A DNA stretch of 64,000 nucleotides from a virus (lineage: Duplodnaviria; Caudoviricetes), in the IMG/VR virus record IMGVR_UViG_3300025502_001322, positions 1 through 64,000 of that record, one strand, 5' to 3'. This document shows, piece by piece, positions 56,526-64,000 of this stretch; the first letter of the stretch is position 1; each line of letters opens with the position of its first letter. The notes beneath the pieces were generated by a model, which saw nothing but the letters and a program-made list of their open reading frames with translations, was not told the DNA's origin and did no database searches. A program made the position numbers and the translations under genes.

Positions 56526-57268
56526 TACTATACACAAACGGTTGCAGTCACGTTGCAGGTGCAGAAGCACTTAACACATATTGTTTTGCAGAAGATGATT
56601 CACAATACTTCTATCTAAAACGTAAACCACATCCAGCTAACTTAGCAGTGAGTTTTAGTGCTATTTTAGCCAAACTACTACAAGCACGTTTATATTGTGA
56701 TGCTGAAAGTGCCGCCAGTAACGATCGAATTGTTAGAACTACTCGAGACTTTATTAAAGGACAATATAAAGAAAACGTAAAAGAAGATGTGTTTGTACTA
56801 ATTGGTTGGACTACGTGGGAACGTGAGGAATGGGAACACGAAGGCGAATACTATCAGGTTAATAGTAGTGGGTTAGATGCTCTTCCTGAACCTTTACAAC
56901 TAAAGTATAAGCATTGGATAGTGGGAAAGGCAAGTAACTGGCAAGCACATCAGCAAAAATGGCACAGACAAGTATGGGATCTACATTGCGAACTACAGGA
57001 ACAAAATATCAAACACTTATTTTTTAACAGTCATATCGCCTTCAGTCTGATACAAGAACAAGATCAAAAAGACTGGGGCGATAGCTATGTAGACCCTTAC
57101 ACTGAATCACAATCATATTTTAACCTAATGAACACAAAAGGATTCAGTGTTCGACCTAGTGTTGCCGCTGATATGGGCGGTGGTCACTACATGGCTGACG
57201 GTCACCAAACCTGGGCACATCACTTGTTGCCGCACTTGACAAAAGCACTGAGTGGCCCTATAATATAG
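56522..57268 (+). CDS. SGNH/GDSL-like hydrolase
   Basis: LYTNGCSH block I, ASNDRI, GWT, C-terminal GHY...GH. Confidence 0.55.
   Translation: MILYTNGCSHVAGAEALNTYCFAEDDSQYFYLKRKPHPANLAVSFSAILAKLLQARLYCDAESAASNDRIVRTTRDFIKGQYKENVKEDVFVLIGWTTWEREEWEHEGEYYQVNSSGLDALPEPLQLKYKHWIVGKASNWQAHQQKWHRQVWDLHCELQEQNIKHLFFNSHIAFSLIQEQDQKDWGDSYVDPYTESQSYFNLMNTKGFSVRPSVAADMGGGHYMADGHQTWAHHLLPHLTKALSGPII
57236..57264 (+). promoter_or_regulatory. Consensus sigma70 promoter, leaderless geometry
   Basis: TTGACA-17 nt-TATAAT; ATG 7 nt downstream, no SD. Confidence 0.8.
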
Positions 57269-57271
57269 TAT

Positions 57272-58261
57272 ATGAGATACTTAATAGTCGACTTAGCAAA
57301 CACATTCTTTAGAGCCCGCCACATTGCACATCGTGGGTCAGATCAATGGACTAAACTGGGATTTGCAGTACACCTTACATTAGGTAGTGTTGCTAAAGCC
57401 TGGCGAGACCAAGCCGCAGGACACGTAGTGTTTTGCCTAGAAGGCAGATCCTGGCGTAAAGACTTTTACGAACCCTACAAGAAAAACAGGAAAGTGGCAC
57501 GTGATGCACTAACAGAAGCAGAGGCAGAAGAAGATCAACTGTTCTGGGATACATTTGACGATATCAAAACATTCCTAACAGAGAAGTCGAACTGCACTGT
57601 TATGCGACATCCTGAACTGGAAGCAGATGACTTAATTGCAGGTTGGGTACAAGCACACCCTAACGATCATCATACTATTGTGTCTAGTGACACAGACTTT
57701 TATCAGCTGTTAGCTAAGAATGTTAAACAGTATAATGGTATTACTGATGAGTTGCATACACTCGAGGGTGTGTTTAACAAAAAAAGCGAACCTGTACTGG
57801 ACAAGAAAACTAAAGAACCTAAAGAAGTTAATCCACAGTGGATGTTGTTTGAGAAGTGTATGCGTGGTGACACCAGTGATAATGTGTTTTCAGCATATCC
57901 TGGTGTGCGTAAGAAAGGCACTAAGAACAAGATTGGGTTGTTAGAAGCATTTGCAGATAAGGGCAAGAAGGGGTTCAACTGGAACAACATGATGTTACAA
58001 CGTTGGTCAGATCATAATGGTGTTGAGCATCGAGTGCTAGACGACTATCAGCGTAACGTAACACTTGTCGACTTAACTGCACAACCAGACGACATTAAAC
58101 GAAAGATTGCTGAAACAATAGCAGAAGCCAGTAGTCCCAAAACTACTAGCATGGTGGGTGCTAAATTTCTTAAGTTCTGTGGCAAGTACGAGCTAACTAA
58201 ACTGTCAGACGATGCACAAAGGTATGCTGATCTACTAGGCTCTCCCTATCCGGCTTCTTAA
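57272..58261 (+). CDS. rnh: T4 RNase H-like 5'-3' exonuclease (FEN/PIN fold)
   Basis: LIVD, SWRKDFY..YK.NR, LEADD, VSSDTDF.QL, GDTSDN. Confidence 0.9.
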   Translation: MRYLIVDLANTFFRARHIAHRGSDQWTKLGFAVHLTLGSVAKAWRDQAAGHVVFCLEGRSWRKDFYEPYKKNRKVARDALTEAEAEEDQLFWDTFDDIKTFLTEKSNCTVMRHPELEADDLIAGWVQAHPNDHHTIVSSDTDFYQLLAKNVKQYNGITDELHTLEGVFNKKSEPVLDKKTKEPKEVNPQWMLFEKCMRGDTSDNVFSAYPGVRKKGTKNKIGLLEAFADKGKKGFNWNNMMLQRWSDHNGVEHRVLDDYQRNVTLVDLTAQPDDIKRKIAETIAEASSPKTTSMVGAKFLKFCGKYELTKLSDDAQRYADLLGSPYPAS

Positions 58262-58272
58262 TAAATACTGAT

Positions 58273-58770
58273 ATGCTTACATCAATTAAAATTGGAATCG
58301 TCATAGCCATAGTTGGCGCACTTAGTGGTGGTGCATTGTATGTTAAAAACCTACGCAGTGACTTAGAAACATCAAGAATTAATCAGAAACTGCTAGAACA
58401 AACAGTTGCCGAGCAAAAACAACTGATGGTTGTTAAAGAGAAAGACATCGAATTACAGAAGAAGATCCACAAAGAGTTGGATAATACTCGCAAGGCAAGT
58501 GAACAGCGTATCGATGACCTTAACGATAAACTTAATAAAGTTAACGAAGCAACAGGCAAGCGTCGTGATATTAATGAAGCCGCTGTTAGAAAAACAACGT
58601 TGGTTACAAAAATCATCAATAATGCCAGCAAAAATGTTATGAGGTGTTTTGAGATTGCTGGTGGCAGTCCGTTAACTCCAGATGAGGCGGAGGCTACTAA
58701 GAAAAGCCAGGCTAACAACGAGTGTCCTGATCTAGCAAATCCAAACTATACACCCAAGGAGCAGCCATGA
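58273..58770 (+). CDS. i-spanin (Rz-like)
   Basis: N-terminal TM + coiled coil + C-terminal Cys pair; overlaps lipoprotein gene. Confidence 0.65.
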   Translation: MLTSIKIGIVIAIVGALSGGALYVKNLRSDLETSRINQKLLEQTVAEQKQLMVVKEKDIELQKKIHKELDNTRKASEQRIDDLNDKLNKVNEATGKRRDINEAAVRKTTLVTKIINNASKNVMRCFEIAGGSPLTPDEAEATKKSQANNECPDLANPNYTPKEQP

Positions 58771-59150
58771 GATATCTACTGATTTTATCGTTAGTGTTTG
58801 TAACTGGATGTTCCATGTTCAGTAAGAGAGAACCTGAGATCGTAATTAAGACAAAACTGGTAGAGCGTGAGCCGTTAGGCTTAGAAGCCCCAGCACCATT
58901 ACGCTTAAAAAGTCCTGAGTGGATAATTGTTACTGAGGTAAACCTTGAGGAACTAATCGAGGAACGCAAAAAGAACCCTGATGATTTTATAGCGTTTTAC
59001 AGTCTTGATGAAACTGGCTATAAACAACTTGCAATTAATATGCAAGAACTATTACGCCTAGTTCAGGAACAAAAACTAATTATAGTAAAGTACAAAGAAT
59101 ACTACGAGCAAACCGATCGAAGCACTCCTGAGGAAGCTGAAACAAAATAG
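58767..59150 (+). CDS. o-spanin (Rz1-like) lipoprotein
   Basis: Lipobox VTGC, Pro-rich linker, ATGA overlap. Confidence 0.65.
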   Translation: MRYLLILSLVFVTGCSMFSKREPEIVIKTKLVEREPLGLEAPAPLRLKSPEWIIVTEVNLEELIEERKKNPDDFIAFYSLDETGYKQLAINMQELLRLVQEQKLIIVKYKEYYEQTDRSTPEEAETK

Positions 59151-59178
59151 AACTTGGTTAACAGTAATAAGTAGAAGT

Positions 59179-59541
59179 ATGAGAAAACTACTATTACTAC
59201 TACTCTTGCCGTTTACAGCACAAGCAGAATACGCAGACTGGGACAAATACGACAAAGAGTTGTTTTGGATGTCAACCACAGCTATTGCTGTGGATCACTT
59301 AACCACAAGAGATATGGCTAGTAGGTATGATGAAGGATACGTAGAACACAATCCTTTACTGGGCAATAGGCCCGATACAGATACGGTGGATCTGTTTTTT
59401 CTATTAAACTATGTTACACATTACTATCTAACAGACTATTTACAAGGCGAACATAGACCTGTGTATCTAACTGCTAGGCTCGTGGTCAACGGCCTAGCTT
59501 CTGCAAACAATCTTAAGATAGGGTTGGGACTTAGGTTTTAA
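59179..59541 (+). CDS. Secreted/membrane hypothetical protein
   Basis: Signal peptide; E.NPLLG..P motif. Confidence 0.55.
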   Translation: MRKLLLLLLLPFTAQAEYADWDKYDKELFWMSTTAIAVDHLTTRDMASRYDEGYVEHNPLLGNRPDTDTVDLFFLLNYVTHYYLTDYLQGEHRPVYLTARLVVNGLASANNLKIGLGLRF

Positions 59542-60463
59542 AACAGTCTTTAATATTGTTATCATACTCATTATCAAAGAACAGAGCTTGGTTAGCCCTA
59601 AGTTTATTAATATTATCTAGGTAGAATTCAGTTAGGGCATGCTTGTGTGTGCCCATACAGAATTTACGCAAACACTGACAAAATTGTTCCAGTCTATTAT
59701 AATCATCAAGCACTTGGTCATATGTAAAATCAAATAAATCGCCCAACCAGAACCCTTTTGCACCCAGTTTTTTAACTTGGAAGGGCGCACTATATAGCAT
59801 TACTAAGTGACCCCTACTTAATGCATGGTACGTACTAAGGCCCAACTGAGGCTCTTCAATCACACTTACCATGGTGTGTATAAAATCACCACCATCAGTA
59901 ACTTGTCCTGAATAGTCACTAAACACCAGGTCCCTTAGTTCTGAAACACCGCCATCAAATTTCAGTATATTGCCAATATTTTTCTCTGCCAGTAGCATAG
60001 GCATATGGTAATCCTGATATTGCCAGAACTTTGTGGGATCCTGTACGTCTTGTGTGGCATAGTACTTAAAATGATTCCATGACCAGTCATATCTAACAGT
60101 GTTGTATTCTGTTTCAACTAGTTTGTCAGTAACAAGCACAAGTTCTTTATCGTAGAATAGTTTTTTAACTTCGGTGTAGTCTACTTCAGGGTAACCTATA
60201 TCCCATAAGATAATCCTTTGGCAAAACCTATAGTGTGCCCGTAACCTGTCTCTGTAATACTGATTCTCCAACCACACAGGATCACCTGACACATAATATG
60301 GTGGCAACCAACCTATTGTGCTTTCAGGATGGAACTCAAATTCTATGTTATGGAACAACGACATGGCGTTGGTAAAATAATTAAATTCTTTTTCCAGTTT
60401 TTGATAGGCACTGTCTTCTCTAGGGAAAACAAATTTAATTCCAGGCTGTAGTGTTAGTTTCAT
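59531..60463 (-). CDS. Hypothetical protein, distant relative of 26808..28013
   Basis: C-terminal G.WL..LFD.TYD...DD..R resembles 26808 ORF. Confidence 0.5.
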   Translation of the reverse strand: MKLTLQPGIKFVFPREDSAYQKLEKEFNYFTNAMSLFHNIEFEFHPESTIGWLPPYYVSGDPVWLENQYYRDRLRAHYRFCQRIILWDIGYPEVDYTEVKKLFYDKELVLVTDKLVETEYNTVRYDWSWNHFKYYATQDVQDPTKFWQYQDYHMPMLLAEKNIGNILKFDGGVSELRDLVFSDYSGQVTDGGDFIHTMVSVIEEPQLGLSTYHALSRGHLVMLYSAPFQVKKLGAKGFWLGDLFDFTYDQVLDDYNRLEQFCQCLRKFCMGTHKHALTEFYLDNINKLRANQALFFDNEYDNNIKDCFKT

Positions 60464-60583
60464 TATGCTTCTTTAATGAATATCAGTATGTACTTTAGGA
60501 TAATCTCTCTATATACTTATGTTAAATACTAGCGTTGGAACATTGTTTTAACATTAATTAATTAATCACTGAAAGGAAATACT

Positions 60584-60655
60584 ATGTGGAGCAAGCCCGA
60601 GTACACAGAAATGCGTTATGGCTTCGAAATTTCAATGTACATTGCACATCGCTAA
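60584..60655 (+). CDS. pqqA: PQQ precursor peptide PqqA, 23 aa (not in track)
   Basis: MWSKPEYTEMRYGFEISMYIAHR*: W.KP...E.R.GFE..MY with ExxxY; GAAAGGA SD; TAAATA at 60523-60528. Confidence 0.92.
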   Translation: MWSKPEYTEMRYGFEISMYIAHR

Positions 60656-60680
60656 TATACATTAATTTTTAAAGAAACAA

Positions 60681-60709
60681 AAAGTGCTCACTTCGGTGGG
60701 CATTTTCTT
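60681..60709 (+). terminator. Terminator after pqqA
   Basis: AAAGTGCTCAC-TTCG-GTGGGCATTTT (cUUCGg tetraloop). Confidence 0.75.
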
Positions 60710-60736
60710 GACACAAACATTTTCTACCTGTATAAT
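60708..60736 (+). promoter_or_regulatory. Consensus sigma70 promoter, leaderless geometry
   Basis: TTGACA-17 nt-TATAAT; ATG 5 nt downstream. Confidence 0.8.
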
Positions 60737-60741
60737 AAGGC

Positions 60742-60990
60742 ATGAAAAAATACATTCACGTTAATCAAAACGTAATTCGCAGTAACTTGAAGAAGCAACG
60801 ACTCGATCCTGAGTTTGTAGATGTGGAACCTACCATAACTATCAAAGAAGGAAAATCTAACACATACTGCCACGAAGTAGAAATACTAGGTCCCAGCAAG
60901 GTTGTTTACGGCGAACACGGTAAACAGATACTAAGTTGTGGTGCCAGAGTCGTAATTGAAACAGACAGTAACATTAAAATAATAAGATAA
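60742..60990 (+). CDS. Hypothetical phage protein
   Basis: IHVNQ..I..N.K...YCHEVEILGPSK...LSCGARV.IET. Confidence 0.6.
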   Translation: MKKYIHVNQNVIRSNLKKQRLDPEFVDVEPTITIKEGKSNTYCHEVEILGPSKVVYGEHGKQILSCGARVVIETDSNIKIIR

Positions 60991-61000
60991 GGAGAAGCAT

Positions 61001-61546
61001 ATGATCGAGCAAAAGAAAATTCCCACCATTACCTTTATGTGTAGGGTAGGTGATGAAGAGCCTGAAGACGGCGGATGTCCAATTGGTGGGGAATTCATAC
61101 CCACAACCACAGACCAATTATTTGCTGGCAAGAGGGTAATTGTATTTTCATTGCCAGGAGCATTTACTCCAACCTGTAGTTCATTACAACTGCCTGCCTT
61201 TGAACAAGCACATGAAGACTTTTATGCACAAGGCATTGACGAAATTTATGTATCCAGTGTTAATGACAGTTTTGTAATGAATGCTTGGGCACAACACATG
61301 GGCATTAAAAAAGTAAAAGTAATTCCAGATGGCAACGGAGAGTTTGCTGACTCATTGGGTATGTTAGCAGACATGAGTGTTATTACCTTCGGTAAGCGAT
61401 CAAGACGTTTTGCTGTTGTTATTAACGATGGAGTGGTTGAACGCAGTTTTGTGGAACCAGATGGGTCCGAAGAGAATCCAGATCCATATGGAGTAAGTAG
61501 TCCTGCGCACATCCTCAAAGTATTGTCTGACGCACCTGGTGATTAA
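61001..61546 (+). CDS. Peroxiredoxin (Prx5/AhpE-like)
   Basis: PGAFTPTCS peroxidatic motif, SVNDSFVM.AW, DGNGEF, RSRR. Confidence 0.92.
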   Translation: MIEQKKIPTITFMCRVGDEEPEDGGCPIGGEFIPTTTDQLFAGKRVIVFSLPGAFTPTCSSLQLPAFEQAHEDFYAQGIDEIYVSSVNDSFVMNAWAQHMGIKKVKVIPDGNGEFADSLGMLADMSVITFGKRSRRFAVVINDGVVERSFVEPDGSEENPDPYGVSSPAHILKVLSDAPGD

Positions 61547-61549
61547 TAA

Positions 61550-61735
61550 ATGCACTTAGAGCGGTGCGCAAGATGTAACTCGTTGCTCAAGTGTGCGGCT
61601 CGTACACCAGAGGTTGAATGCTGGTGTACGATTATGCCACCCCTTGTCGAAATCAATAAGGATCAAGGTTGTTACTGTGGTCAGTGTTATAGACAGATTC
61701 TTAATGAACAAAACACACAAGAGTTAAGAGGCTAA
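61550..61735 (+). CDS. Cysteine-rich CWC family protein
   Basis: CARC...C...CWC...CYC..C. Confidence 0.7.
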   Translation: MHLERCARCNSLLKCAARTPEVECWCTIMPPLVEINKDQGCYCGQCYRQILNEQNTQELRG

Positions 61736-61879
61736 ATGAAAACTTGGATAGTTTTACAAAAACGAGACAAGAACGTTAACTACAAATACATATCATTATT
61801 GCATTGCAATAAATACCACTGTGGAGTCAGGAGTACTTCACAAATTTAAATGCGTCAAGAGTACGCAGAAAGGTAATAA

Positions 61880-62217
<338 letters not shown>

Positions 62218-62218
<1 letters not shown>

Positions 62219-63441
62219 TGGACTTAGCATATAGTTTAGACACATTCTACTTCCTGGTATGCGGAGCCCTGGTCATGTTCATGGCGGCAGGCTTTACAAT
62301 GCTAGAAGCAGGTATGGTTCGTAGTAAAAACGTAGCAGAAATTATCACCAAGAACTTTGCACTGTATGGTGTTGCATGTTTGATGTATCTATTATGTGGA
62401 TACGGAATCATGTATGGTTCAGGAGAAGGCTGGGTACCTGGGTTCGGTACACTGATCGGCGCCGACAATACTGTAGCAAGTGAAGAGGCTTACTACAGTG
62501 TTCTGAGTGACTTCTTCTTCCAAGTGGTATTTGTTGCAACTGCAATGAGTATCGTAAGTGGTGCTGTAGCAGAGCGCATCAAGTTATGGAGTTTTCTATT
62601 ATTTGCTGTGGTGATGACAGGCTTTATCTATCCTATCCAAGGATTTTGGAAATGGGGAGGTGGTGCATTAGATCAACTTAACTTTTTGGACTTTGCTGGC
62701 TCAGGTGTTGTACACCTAGCAGGAGCAAGTGCCGCACTAGCAGGTGTTATACTGTTGGGCGCACGTAAAGGCAAGTACGGACCAGACGGTAAACCTAGAG
62801 CTATTCAGGCCAGTAACTTGACACTGGTAGGACTAGGCACATGGGTGTTGTGGTTAGGTTGGTTTGGTTTCAATGGCGGAAGTCAATTGCAAATCACTGG
62901 TTTACTGAATGCCAATGCAGTAGCACAAATTTTCGTCAACACAAACATGGCGGCAGTTGGTGGCCTACTAGCGGCAATGATAGCAAGTAAACTGATCACA
63001 AAGAAGACAGACTTAACAATTACACTTAATGGCGCACTGGCAGGTTTAGTTGCTGTAACAGCAGAACCACTCACAGGATCTGCACTTGCAAGTACCTTTA
63101 TTGGTGCAGTAGGTGGCGTACTGTGTTATGCCAGTATCATAACACTGGATCGTGTGTTTAAGATAGACGACCCAGTTGGTGCAATTTCAGTGCATGGCGT
63201 TGCAGGAATTTGGGGACTAATAGCAGTAGCGTTTACTAATCCTGATGCAGGGTTTGGTAACCAAATATTTGGTGCAGTTGTTATCTTTGCATTTGTATTC
63301 TCGACCAGTTTTGTTACTTGGTACATTATCAAGAAAGCAATCGGGTTAAGAGTGGATATTAAAGAAGAACATGAAGGCTCAGACATGGAAGAATGTGGAC
63401 TTGTAGCATATCCAGAATTTAGGATGTCAAACAAAATTTAA
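62218..63441 (+). CDS. amtB: Ammonium transporter
   Basis: FFQVVF, DFAGSGVVH, WFGFNGGS, IDDPVGAISVHG (twin His). Confidence 0.95.
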
Positions 63442-63458
63442 CAACTGTTAAACAGATT

Positions 63459-63486
63459 AGCCAGCTCACTTGGGGCTGGCTTTTTT
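63459..63486 (+). terminator. Rho-independent terminator after amtB
   Basis: AGCCAGCTC-ACTTG-GGGCTGGCT-TTTTT. Confidence 0.8.
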
Positions 63487-63531
63487 GTGACTTCACGTGA
63501 TAAATACTTGTGAGGGCAAGGGGGCATTATT

Positions 63532-63693
63532 ATGATGTACATGGATTACTTTTTTCATATCGATAAGAGGGGAAACTCGATTCAATTTGACAGAGAATTA
63601 GATGTCAGCGATATGATCGAAGATGGAGCAAAATTCGAAGCGCAAGTAAACGAAAATGGTAGATTAACACTGGTTAGAGAAGTCTCTGAATAA
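63532..63693 (+). CDS. 53-aa hypothetical protein (not in track)
   Basis: TAAATA 63501-63506; MMYMDYFFHIDKRG...LVREVSE*. Confidence 0.55.
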   Translation: MMYMDYFFHIDKRGNSIQFDRELDVSDMIEDGAKFEAQVNENGRLTLVREVSE

Positions 63694-63985
63694 CCCATTG
63701 TAGATCAACGTTATTCTCATCTGACGTTTTGTAGGTTGCCCTATATGTACCTGACTCTGGTACATAGTAAAAAGGGGCCTTCCTCCAATGTGAGTGCATA
63801 AAGTTATATAGGTAATCTTCCTCCATGATAGGCACGAAGGCTATCAGACCTTTGGGTATCTCAAGTGTAAAATCTATCAATGGGAAAACATGTGTTGGGT
63901 ATTCAAGGTCAAATCTATATTCTGGCAAGTTACTGGGAGACCAGTTGACTGTGTGTAGTTTAGTCCTAGGATATATACTTCTCAT
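63674..63985 (-). CDS. Hypothetical protein
   Basis: 103-aa ORF. Confidence 0.45.
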   Translation of the reverse strand: MRSIYPRTKLHTVNWSPSNLPEYRFDLEYPTHVFPLIDFTLEIPKGLIAFVPIMEEDYLYNFMHSHWRKAPFYYVPESGTYRATYKTSDENNVDLQWVIQRLL

Positions 63986-64000
63986 GTACTCGTCTACTGA

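Overview
This is a 64 kb, AT-rich, densely coded segment of a large lytic dsDNA myophage of T4-like grade. Nearly all genes are on the + strand and the code is standard (TAG is used as a stop). Spanins and proteobacterial-type glnK/amtB, fdxA, erpA, rpmG and pqqA point to a Gram-negative, probably aquatic proteobacterial host. Modules present: (1) baseplate/tail virion genes; (2) replication: family B polymerase, RFC-type clamp loader, probable clamp, T4 RNase H-like nuclease and a stand-alone DnaE fragment; (3) proteostasis: GroES, DnaJ, ClpA; (4) lysis: M15A endolysin, holins, spanins; (5) probable head-internal proteins sharing an N-terminal capsid-targeting-like motif; (6) a 7-deazaguanine cluster (TGT/DpdA-like, QueD-like LxxxHRHxF protein, FolE, QueE) interleaved with a glycosyltransferase, a purine PRTase, two dehydrogenases and a PLP aminotransferase; (7) an unexplained diiron/GATase/cupin/sulfotransferase-like operon; (8) auxiliary genes. 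Several small genes missing from the ORF track were read by hand, including pqqA with its own promoter and terminator and a 9-Cys metallothionein-like peptide. Other oddities: a ~135-nt high-GC DUF1778 (TacA-type) antitoxin fragment fused in frame into a head-protein gene; a ferredoxin broken by a 6-nt TAGCTA insertion; repeated leaderless promoter-ATG architecture; and a T4-style RBS-sequestering hairpin. No tRNA, rRNA, CRISPR array, intron, intein or transposase was recognised. All family assignments come from motifs read by eye; no database search was run.
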